NCBI RefSeq assembly: GCF_004010195.1
Contig: NC_057720.1
Location: 22,928,567-22,992,566 of the forward strand
Direction: 5' to 3'
From: Chiloscyllium plagiosum
Taxonomy: Eukaryota
Length of the DNA stretch: 64,000 bases
Shown here: positions 53,080-64,000 of the stretch, one piece after another
How positions within the stretch are numbered: the stretch's first letter is position 1
How the letters are laid out: each line of letters starts with the position of its first letter
Translations under genes and position numbers: made by a program
Notes under the pieces: model-generated
Databases searched by the model: none
The model's input: only the letters and a program-made list of their open reading frames with translations
Told to the model about the DNA's origin: nothing

Positions 53080-54095
53080 AGGACAGCTGAAGGAAAAAGG
53101 TGATAGTCACATCTTCCTCTGGAGTGGAAAAGCTGAGGATAAACCTAAGATGCATAGAATTGGAATCTCCATCAAGGATGTGCTCATTGACTGACTCTCG
53201 GACCTCCCTGTTAGCATCAATAATCATCTCATGACTCTCTGTCTACAACTTAAACAGCAGGGAAGTGGCATGAGTGCCTATGCTCACCAATACACTGTTT
53301 TGCCAACAAGACAAGCTCAAGAATTCTTGGAGGCATCCACAAACACAATGCTAGCACGTGGTTGACTGTATCATCACTCAATCCTGAGACTTAAAAGATG
53401 TTCTAATTATCAAAGTGATGATCAGTGCAAATGACTGTTGGACAGACCATTGGCTCATCCAATTCCTTAAAGTCCATCAAATGCCACCAGAAGCAGCTGA
53501 AGACAAAGAAGTTCAGAAAAGGGCAACATTAAGTGCTTTAAGAGTCACAGATTAGCAAACTTCCAACAATGTCTTCACCAAAATTTCCCAAGTGTTCATT
53601 TTAATGGAGTGGAGGAAATCTAGTCAGAGTTGATGGCTGCCATTATCTCATGAAGAAATGATTGACTGCATGATCAGGAAACACCAAGACCGATTCAATG
53701 CTAATGATCATATTATCCAAAATCTCATCGAGAAAGAAAGCTCTCTGATTCTGGCAAAACAACATCACCAGAGAGGCAAAGAGGAGAACACATCAAAACA
53801 GCAAAGGTACAATTACAAAGAAGAAAGGGAATGAAGAAGCAATGGTGGACTGAGAAAGTGAGGAGATGCAACTGCTTGCTAATGAGCACAATACCTTTTT
53901 TCAGTGTCACCAAGGTGATGTACAGATCCCAACACACTTGGCCTCAATCTGTTGTGAAATAAGGATGACACCCTTTTTGAGAGACACAGTCTCCATCAGC
54001 CTCCGATGGAGAGAACACTTCAAGGAACTCCTATACTGTGATACAAACATTGACAAGGACATGTTTGCACAACTCCTCATTAAAGATGATCTTGG
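53080..54095 (+). mobile_element. RTE-clade LINE remnant (endonuclease/linker region)
   Basis: Frameshifted TFFWSGK-like, INNHLMTL, SAYA, CWTDHWLI and RWREHFKELL motifs. Confidence 0.7.
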
Positions 54096-54097
54096 AC

Positions 54098-56725
54098 TGG
54101 ATGTAGGTTTGCTCGCTGAGCTGGGAGGTTCATTTCCAGACGTTTTGTCATCCTACTAGGTAACATTTTCAGTGGACCTCAAGTGAAGCAGTGTAACTGA
54201 TTCCTGCTCTCTATTTATATGCTTAGGTTCTTTGGGTTGGTGATATTGGCCCAAAAATGGGAAACAAATGCCATTCAACAGAGTGCCACCTGCGAACAGT
54301 TGTACTTCCTGCAAGATTGCCAAAGAAAACAGGCACTACCTAAATGTCTTAAATACAAACCTCCCCTTAACATCCTGCTAGCTAAAAGAATAGCAGAGCA
54401 AAATGACCGCAGAATGATTAGAGAAATAATAATGATGCCCACAACAGACTCCATAAATACATCAGGGAAATCTTGCACCAAAGATTTTTACACACTCATG
54501 CAATAGACTATGAATGGACAGACACAGTACAACAAGCCATAGATATTAGACAGAGACAAAGACAGAAAATGAAAAAAACTAGACCTGCAGAAGAAACTAG
54601 ACAAACTTACACAAAGTAAAAACATTGACAACGCTGAAGCATGGATAAAAAACTTATCTGACCGACCCTTAACAGACACTGAAAAAGCTGTCTTAGTAAG
54701 AGGACTAAATTACAACTGCCAGGATGTGGACAAGAAAGATTTCTTCGCAGCATTAGAAACAACACTAAATGACAACCAACTCACAGAAGAAACCCAGCAA
54801 GCCATCAGACAGATAGTCGCACCAACATTAAGCAGAAAAAAAGGAAGGAAACACACTCAATACACAAGAAAGGAAAGCACTGGAAAGACTAAAGAAAAAA
54901 CATTGTTATCCTACCTGCAGACAAAGGACACTTGACAGTCATTCTATATCGAAGAGATTACATTGAAAAAGCGAATGCACTACTTACAGATACCGGCACT
55001 AACCAACAAGATAGACCCAGCCCCACAACTACAGAAACAAATCACAGCCTTCCTCAAAAAACTTCAGAAATTTGGAGAAATAAATAAGACTGACTTCCAA
55101 AAAATGAAACCAGATGGATCCAACACACCACGTTTCTATGGATTGCCCAAAATTCACAAACCAGGAGCCCCCCTCAGACCCATAGTCTCACTACCTGGAA
55201 CACCAACTTACAGATTAGCCAAGGAGCTACACCAAAGGCTAAAATACTTAGTAGAAGACTCATACCGCCCCATCCACTCCATCCAAGAAGAATTCCTGAA
55301 GACCATCAAAGACACTAAGATAGAAGAGGATGAAATAATGGTCTCTTTTGATGTAACAGCCCTGTTTGCATCAATCAAAATTAACCTGGCCAAGGAAACA
55401 CTGACTACACTATTAGAAGACCCAAAGACACAGACACCAAACATCACCAACTTCTTCAGCAAGGACAATAGCATCAAACCACTGGACCTATGCCTTACCA
55501 CACACTTCACCTTCAACAACAAACCTACAAACAAACCAATGGAACACCCGTGGGATCTCCGATATCAGGGTTCCTAGCAGAGGCAGTAATGCAGAGACTC
55601 AAACAAACAGCTCTGCCAACCATCCAACCCAAGCTTTGGGTCCGCTACGCGGATGACACCTTTGTCACCACTAAATCAAACAAATTAAAGGAAACTTCAA
55701 GACCGTCAATAATACCCTTACTGACATAAAATTCACGAAATAGGAGGAAAACAACAACAAACCGCCATTCCTAGATGTCACAGTAGAGCGAACAGCCAAT
55801 AGGCAACTTCAAACCAGCATCTGCAGGAAAACAATACATATGCACCAAATATTGAACTACAGAAGCAATCATCCCAACATACACAAACAAAGCTGCATCA
55901 GAACATTATTTCAATGAGCCAACACACACTGCAGCACAGAGGAACTACGCAGAGCAGAGGAAAATCACCTATACCGTGTATTCAAAAAGAATGGATACCC
56001 AATTAACATAGTCCGCCGATTTCTCAGCAACAAACCCAAACAAGCAGACAAAACACATCCAGAAACCCTAGTCACTCTCCCCTACATCAAAGACATCTCA
56101 GAAATGACTGTTAGACTACTTAGACCCCTTGGCATCATGGTAGCCCATAACCTACCAACACACTAATACAGCAGCTAGTGAACCTGAAAGACAACAAGCA
56201 AAACTAATGTCATTTACAAAATACCATGCCTGAACTGTAACAAACACTACATTGGACAAACAGGCAGAAAATGAACTGTAACAAACACTACATTGGACAA
56301 ACAGGCAGAAAACTAGGCACCAGTATACATGAACACCAACTAGCCACAAAACGATATGACCCTCTCTCACTAGTATCCTTACATACAGATAAGGAAGGAC
56401 ACCACTTCGACTGGGACAACACATCTATCTTAGGATAAGCCAAACAGAGACACACACGAGAATTCCTAGAAGCATGGCATTCCAACTGGAACTCTATCAA
56501 CAAACGCATCGAGTTAGACCCCATCTATTACCCCCTGAGAAAAAGAACAAGAAATGACATCACCACAGGAAATGACATCACCAACCCTAGGAAACCAAAA
56601 GACATAAACAGAAAGCGGGCCATGCCACCAGTACTTCATCTGGAAGCTCACTGATTATGTTACTTGGTATGGAGATGAAACATCTGAAAACAAACCTTCC
56701 AGCTCACTGAGCAAACCTACATCCA
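54098..56725 (+). mobile_element. Penelope-like retroelement (RT plus GIY-YIG), pseudogenised, with inverted 5' pLTR
   Basis: PRFYGLPKIHKPGAPLRPIVS, SFDVTALF, GTPVGSPISG, WVRYADDTF, VIYKIPC..C...YIGQTGR and LEAWHS motifs. 54098-54244 is an inverted relative of 56577-56725. Confidence 0.95.
56231..56312 (+). repeat. 41-bp perfect tandem duplication
   Basis: tgaactgtaacaaacactacattggacaaacaggcagaaaa occurs twice. Confidence 0.95.
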
Positions 56726-56859
56726 CAGTTCCATGCAACTGATTGGTATGCGAATTCATAACTCGTAGGATAAATGGACATAGAATTGCTTGAGTTACAG
56801 AAACAGAGAGGACTAATGTTGGTTAATAGATGTTATTATTAAGTGACTAATGGTCCCCA

Positions 56860-57170
56860 TTATCAGCTTTTCTTTCTCCATGGCATAATAGCATCCTTCC
56901 CTTTGTCCACCTAACTGTCATCCTCTCTCTCCGGGCTTCATCTCCACCTATCTGCTCACACCTTCACTCACCATTTCCACCCATCCCGCCCCACATGTCT
57001 TCTGCATGTTTACCAACTTTTCCTAGCAATTTTCAGTTCTGGAAAAGGGTTACTGACCTCAAAACATTAGCTCAGCTTTACCTCCAAAAATGCTTTCAGT
57101 CCTGTTGAGTTTATTCAACAATTTCTGTTTTTGTTTCAGATTTTCAGCATTCATAGTTATTTGCTTTATG
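56860..57170 (+). mobile_element. Old pLTR-like remnant (family of 18893)
   Basis: Pyrimidine-rich leader, then a decayed core ctggaaaagggttactgacctcaaaacatt and tail. Confidence 0.5.
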
Positions 57171-57416
57171 TCAGGAAAACAGAGTGCATAAGTTATTAAA
57201 TATGTCTGGATACATTGTGACAATAGTTAAGCCCAGAGTTTTTTTTTATAAAGAGCAGAGAGTAAAAGGAAGGGGATTATGTTGAACATATATACAACAC
57301 TATTTCAGCCTCAGCCAGAGTATTCTGTTCAGTTCTGGGTGTCACACTAGGAAGGATCTGAAGGGATTAGAGACGGTGCAGCAAAAATGTTTGAGAGTGG
57401 TTTCCACAATGAGGAT

Positions 57417-58010
57417 AGAGTCATAGAATTGTACGGTACGGAAACAGACCCTTTGTTCCAACTTACCCATGCTGACCAGAGATTCTTAATTAATCTCGTC
57501 CAATTTGCCTGCCTTTGGCCCATATCCCGCTAAATCCTTCCTATTCATGTACCCATCAGATGCCTTTTAAATGCTGTAATTGTACTAGCCTACACCACTT
57601 CCTCTGGCAGCTCATTCCATACACGCACCACCCTCTATGTGAAAAAGCTGCCCCTTAGGTCCCTTTTAAATCTTTTCCCTCTCACCTTAAACCCATGCCA
57701 TCTAGTTTTGACTCTCCTACCCCAGGGAAAATACCTTGTCTATTTACCCTATCCATGCCCCTCATATGTGAAAAAGCTGCCCCTTAGGTCCCTTTTAAAT
57801 CTTTTCCCTCTCACCTTAAACCCATGCCATCTAGTTTTGGACTCTCCTACCCCAGGTAAAATACCTTGTCTATTTACCCTATCCATGCCCCTCATATAAA
57901 CCTCTATTACATCACCCCTCAGCCTCCAACACACTGGGGAAAAATAACCCCAACCTATTCAGGCTCTCCCAATTGTCCAACCCTGGCAACATTCTTGTAA
58001 ATCTTTTTTG
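57417..58010 (-). mobile_element. CR1 3' fragment with internal tandem duplication
   Basis: RLRGDVIEVY...RGMDRV motif. Duplicated units at 57636-57764 and 57765-57894. Confidence 0.9.
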
Positions 58011-58287
58011 ATCTCCAGTTACAATGCTAACGTAAAACAAAACACAACTGTTTTCTTTTGGAGAAGAGAAGACTGAGAGGAGATGCTATAGAAGTACTTA
58101 AAGCCATGAGGGTTCTGGGCCAAGTTAACAGGGAGACACTGTTCCTATACTTGAAAATAAGAGACAAAATCAATATGAGAAACTGTTTTGAAATGCAGAA
58201 AGTTACTGAAGTTAGAAGACACTGCCTCAGAGTATAGAGGCAGGTTTAACCACTGCACTAAAAAGGGAGCTAAACTATTATTTGAAA

Positions 58288-58479
58288 GGCTGAAAAATGT
58301 GTTTCTGGAAAAGCGCAGGTCAGGCAGCATCCAAGGAGCAGGAGAATCAACGTTTCGGGCAAAGCCCTTCTTCAGGAATCATTCGATTCTTGCTCCTTAG
58401 ATGCTGCCTGACCTGCTGCGCTTTTCCAGCAACACATTTTTCAGCTCTGATCTCCAGCATCTGCAGTCCTTACTTTCTC
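58288..58479 (+). mobile_element. Fold-back PLE-type insertion
   Basis: Inverted arms. Minus-strand core CTGAAGA-A-GGGC-TTT-GCCC-GAAAC-GTT at 58375-58349. Exact 13-bp TSD ctattatttgaaa at 58275-58287 and 58480-58492. Confidence 0.85.
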
Positions 58480-58679
58480 CTATTATTTGAAAAGGAACAG
58501 TTTGCAGGATTATGAGGAGAAGCAGGAAGACATAAAGTGAATCATTCACTTAGAGAGCTGGTGCAGATACAATGGGTGAACGGCCTTCTTCCCTGGAGTA
58601 ATAATTCCATGGTTAATTTAGGGGGATCTGGAGTTACGTACAGGCCAGGCTATGATGGGAGCAAGATTCCTTCCTAAAA

Positions 58680-59175
58680 GAATAGGATGGGGGTAATATA
58701 CTGCCATTGACTGAGGATTTCTTAACAGAGAGAAAACAGACAGTAGGAATAATTGGTTGGCAAACTGTAATAAGTGGCATCTTGTAAGGATCAATGCTTC
58801 AACTCTAACTATTCATAATCAAACTCAATATTTTTTTGTGAGGATCAATTGTAATATTTCCAAGTTTGCTGATGATACAAAGGTAGCTGGAGTTGTGAAT
58901 TGTGACAAAGATGCAAGGAGACTACAAGGGATTTTTGCAGCTTGGACTGAATGAGTCACAGCATATCAAATGAAATACAATGTGGATAAATATGAAGTTA
59001 TCCACTTTGATAGAAGCCAATAGAAGTTCAGGCTATTTCCTAAATGGTTAGGTACTGGAAAGTGTTGATGTCAAAAGGAACCTGAGTGTCATTGTAAATA
59101 AGTCACCATACATTAATGTGCAGGTAGAGCTATAATTAGGAGGGCAAATGAGATGCTAGCCCTTATTGCAAGAGC
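58680..59175 (+). mobile_element. CR1 RT fragment
   Basis: ISKFADDTKVAGVV motif. Confidence 0.8.
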
Positions 59176-59349
59176 ATCAAAGAGTCCCTACTTGTGGAGT
59201 GGAAACAGGCCATTTGAGCCATCAAACCTCAAACCTCCAAAGAGCATCCCACTCAGTCCCATGCCCTTACTCTATTCCTGTAACCCTGCTTTCCTCTGGC
59301 GAATCCACATCGCCTGCACATCCCTGGAAATTGAGAGATTTAGCAAAGC

Positions 59350-60994
59350 CATCTGGGATGGCAAGAGACAATACCAGACTAGAGTCCCAGACTAACCACA
59401 TGAACACACGTTGACTGTGTCAAGGCTTACATGGTATAACAGGCTACAAAACAAAGTTGAGTTGAATTGTTGACAACAATACATCCCTCCCAATGAGTTC
59501 CATGCATTATATGCTCATTTTGAACAGAAGGTCAATGAAACTGTGTCACTTGACCTGGCAGATCAGCCTTCTTGAGGGTGAACCCATGGAATGCAACTGG
59601 CCCGAATGGAGTTCCCATCCATGCACTCATTTCCTGCACAGACCGGATGGCAGGAGTATTTTCAGACAGGTTTAACCTCTCTCAACTATAATGTGTGGTT
59701 CTCGCCTGCTTCAAGAAGATGGCTATCACCTCAGTGCTAAAGAAACACCAGGCAACGTGTCATGATGACTACTATCTGGTGGCTCTGACATCCATCATCA
59801 ACTCCATCCTCCTAGGTTGCCTAATCCGATTTATTCACCTACCGTCACAATATATCCATGGCAGTCACCATCTCCTTGGACCTGCACTCAATCCTTGGAA
59901 CATCTGGATAACAAGGACACCTCCATCAGACTCCTAGTTATTGATTTTAGCTCCACCTTCAATACTATAATTCCAAACTCCAAGACCTATGACTCTGCAA
60001 CTAGATCCTCAACTTCCTGACCCACAGACTACAATCAGTAAGGATAGGTGACAACACCTCTTCCACATCAATCCACAATGCCAGTGCCCCTGAAGGCTCG
60101 TACTCATCCCCTTACTACCCCCTTTATACACTCACCACTGTGTGGCCAAATTCAGACTTAACTCCATTTATAAATTTGCTGATGGGTCAGATCTCAAACA
60201 GCAAGGAGACAGGAGAGAGATAGACATCTTACTGACATAGTGTAAAGACAACATGCTCTCCCTCAATGTTAGCAAAATGAATGAGATAGTCATCAACTTC
60301 AGGAAGCAGAATGGAAGACACACCCATGTCTGTATGAATGGTGCTGAGGTGGAGATGGTCAAGAGCTTCAAGTTCCTGGGAGTGATGATCACCAACAATC
60401 TGTTCTGGTCCATCCATGTTGATGCTGCAGTCAAGAAAGCACACCAAGCCTCTATTTCCTTAGAAGGCTAAAGAATTTCAGCATGTCCACAACAACTCTT
60501 ACCAATTTTTATATCTATTCCATAGAAAGCATTCTATCTGAATGCTTCAAAGCTTGATAAGGCAACTGCTCTGCCCAAGATCCCAAGAAATTATAAAGAG
60601 TTATCAACGCAGTCTAGTCCATCACAAAAAACAGCTTTCCTTCCATTGGCTCCAACTATACTTACTGCCTCGGGAAAGCAGCCAAGATAATCAAAGACCC
60701 CTCCCACCTCAGTTATATTCTCTCCCACCTTCTTTCATTGGGCAGAAGATACAAAGTTTTAAAACAGCTTAAGAATAGCTAACAATTTTAAGAACAGCTT
60801 CTTCTCCTCTGTTTTCAGACTTACAAATGGACACCTTATATATTAGAGTTGATCTTTCTCTGAAATCTCTCTGTAGTTATAACACTATATTCTGCATTTT
60901 CATCTATCACTCTGATGTACTTATGTTGGATATGATTTATTTGGTTAGCATGCATGTACCTCAGTACACGTGACAATAATAAAATCAAATCAAA
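59350..60994 (+). mobile_element. Rex1/Babar-like LINE remnant
   Basis: HLDNKDTSIRLLVIDFSSTFNTIIP, YKFAD, LSLNVSK and FKFLGV motifs. Ends gtgacaataataaaatcaaatcaaa. Confidence 0.85.
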
Positions 60995-61509
60995 TATTCA
61001 AGCTCTGATTGTAACTGTTTTTTATTGGGGACGTTCTCACAACTATTATTTTGTAAATCTGGCATTTCTGCAGGTAGAGCACCTCATCTAGTTCCTTCAT
61101 ACAAATTAAATATCTTTTTTCAGATTAATTTTGTCATATTTGCAAAAGACAATGATGACTTTAGAGTGTAATGACCTGCTTGGTCCTTAATTGTCCAGCT
61201 GTCTGAGGGGTTTCTTCAATATTGTATCTACCTAAACCGCAGTGTGTCTGCATTTTCAATCTATCTTTTAGTTACTAATATGACATTTGGCAGAACTGCA
61301 CAAGACTCACTGAGATTCAAAATACCATACTTTCATGCTCAATGAAAGCTTTTACAGTTCAATATATTGGAACGAAAGTATCCTGATGACTGGTAGGGAG
61401 ATGGTGATTACTCTGCCTGATATAAGATTTCTTTTTGACAAGTAGTTTTTCACTGCTAGACCGTTCATACAGTTACCTATAGAAAAATAGCTGTTATTTT
61501 TATTGGAAC

Positions 61510-61800
61510 ATAGGATGTGGTGTCACTGGTTGCATTAGACTTACTGACCATCTCTAGTTGCCCTTGAGAGGTGGTGGTGAGATACCTTCTTGAACTGGTG
61601 TAGTTTTTGAGTTATAAGTAGACCCACAGTGACATTAGAAAGAGAGTGCCTGGATTTTGACTAAACGATGCTGAGGGAATGGGTGACATACTTCCAAGTC
61701 AGGATGATGTATTGCTTGGAGGGGAACTTGCAGATGCTGGTGGTCCCATTATTTGCTACTCTTCTCTTTCGAGGCAGTAGAGATCATGAGTTCTGGAAGT
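61510..61800 (-). mobile_element. LINE 3' fragment (family of 44175-44490)
   Basis: ttgcccttgagaggtggtggtgag...ttccaagtcaggatg motifs. Confidence 0.6.
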
Positions 61801-62102
61801 TTGAATACTATTAATGGGATTAATATCAGATAATTCAGGAAACATTGATCTCATGTCACACAGCTTGTTAAAAGAAGACGGTGAGAAAACCATACAAGTT
61901 TTGACCACAATACTTTTGATCTTGCACGTCTATGTAATTTTTGCTAAGGATTTGGAGGATAGTCAGTGTAACAATTTCATTCAAGAAAAGGAGGGTATTC
62001 ATTGGTCAGTAAGGATGTTGCTATGGGTTAGAAGGTTTGAGCAATAGGGAGAGGCTGAATAGGCTGGGGCTTTTTTCCCTGGAGAGTTGGAGGCGAGGAA
62101 CT

Positions 62103-64000
62103 TATAGAACATTATAGCGCAGTACAGGCCCTTCTGCTCTTGATGTTGTGCTGCCCTGTGAAACCCACCGAACCGATACTATTCCATTCTAGTCCATATG
62201 CCTATCCAATGACCATTTAAATGCTTGTAAATTTGGCAAGTCTACAACTGTTGCAGGCAGTGTGTTCCGCATCCCTATTACTCTGAGTAAAGAAACTACC
62301 TCTGACATCTGTCCTATATCTGTCACCCCTCAATATGAAGGTATGCCCCCTTGTGCTAGCCATCACCATCCATGGACAAAGGCTCTCAATGTCCACCCTA
62401 TCTAACCCTCTGATAATCTTACATGTCTCAATTAAGTCACCTCTCAACTTCCTTCTCTCTAACAAAATAGCTTCAAGTCCTTCTACATTTCCTTGTAAGA
62501 CCTTCCCTCCATACCAGGCAACATCCTAGTAAATTCCTCTGCACCCTTTCCAAAGCTTTCACATCCTTCCTATAATGTGGTGACCAGAACTGTACACAAT
62601 ACTCCAAGTGTGGCCGCATCAGAGTTTTGTACAGCTGCAGCATGACCTCATGGTTCCAAAATTTGATCACTCTACTAATAAAAGCTAGCACACCGTATGC
62701 CTTCTTAACAGCCCTATCAACCTGAATGACAACTTTGAGAGATCTATGTCCATGGACAGCGATATCTCTCTGCTTATCTGCACTATCAAGACTCTTACCA
62801 TTTGTCCAGTACTCTGCATTCCTGCTACTCCTTCCAAAGTGAATTACCTCACTCTTTTCCACATTAAAGTCTATTTGCCGCCTCTCAGCCAAGGTCTGCA
62901 GCTTATCCATGTCGCTTTATAAACTGCGACATCCTTCATCACTATCCACAACTCTACCGACCTTTGTGCCATCTGCAAATTTACTAACCCATCCTTCTAC
63001 ATCCTCATCCAGGTTGTTTATAAAAATGACAAACAGCAGTGGATCCAAAACAGATCCTTGTGGTACACCACTAGTATGAACATTTCCCATCAACCACCAC
63101 ATTCTGTCTTCTTTCAGCTAACCAATTTCTGATCCAAACCACTAAATCACCCTCAATTCCATGCTTCTAAATTTTGTGCAATAGCCTACCATAGGGAAAC
63201 TTATTAAATGCCTTACTGAAATCCATATACACCACATCAACCACTTTTCCCTCATCCACCTGTTTGTTCACCTTCTCAAAAGAACTCAATGAGGTTTATG
63301 AGGCATGACCTACCCTTCATAAAACTGTATTGACTATCCCTAATCAAATTATTCCTATCAAGATTATTATAAATCGTATAACTTACAACCTTTTCCAACA
63401 CTTTACACACAATCAATAAATCGTATAACTTACAACCTTTTCCAACACTTTACACACAATCAAAGTAAAGCTCACAGGTATATAACTACCATGGTTGTCT
63501 CTACTCCCCATCTTGAACAAGGGAACAGCATTTGCTATCCTCCAGTCTTCTGGCACTATTCCTGTAGACAATGACAACATAAAGATCAAAGCCAAAGGCT
63601 CAGCAATCTCCTGCCTACCTTCCCAGAGAATCCGAGGTTAAATCCCATCCAGCCCATGGGATTTATCTGTTTTCACACTCTCCAGAATTTCTAACACCTC
63701 CTCCTTGTGAACCTCAATCCCATCCAGTCTAGTAGCCTATTGCTCAGTATTGTCCTCAACAACATTGTCTTTTTCCAGTGTGAATACTGGCAAAAAATAT
63801 TCATTGAGTGCTTCCCCATCTCCTCTGACACCATGCACAACTTCCCACTACTATGTTTGATTGGCCCTAATCTTACTCCAGTCATTCTTGTATCCCCTAA
63901 AAACCTATAGAAAACTTTAGGGTTTTCCCTGATCCTATCACCAACAACTTCTCATGTCCCCTCCTCACTCGTCTTCGCGCTCTCTTTAGGTCTTTCCTGG
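62103..64000 (-). mobile_element. CR1/HER1 LINE, ORF2 pseudogenised, runs off the window
   Basis: GVPQGSVLDPLLF, KFADGTK and RPHLEYCVQFWSP motifs. Same subfamily by eye as 26380-28812. Confidence 0.95.

Overview
Eukaryotic, AT-rich, repeat-dense vertebrate DNA. The repeat set (HE1/V-SINEs, CR1/HER1 LINEs, Deu-type SINEs, Penelope) suggests a shark; that is inference. I found no intact protein-coding gene. The only confidently recognised gene is the microRNA miR-137 on the minus strand (hairpin ~9383-9467, mature 3p 9395-9417). It sits in a candidate spliced host transcript (MIR137HG-like) with an RE1/REST motif, CTCF-like motifs and a ~14 kb CpG-retaining, nearly transposon-free domain (~5.4-19.8 kb). 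The rest is a mosaic of decayed SINEs, CR1, RTE, Rex1/Babar and L2 LINEs, a Harbinger remnant, a Tc1/mariner MITE and a Penelope-like element (PLE). The most striking recurring signal is a set of short PLE-type insertions. Several carry minimal hammerhead-ribozyme cores (CTGAnGA-stem II-GAAA-NTH) with covarying stems, and several show fold-back arms, a 34-40 nt unpaired tail and 12-16 bp target-site duplications (TSDs). All calls are by eye without alignment tools, so repeat boundaries are approximate unless TSDs or TIRs are given.
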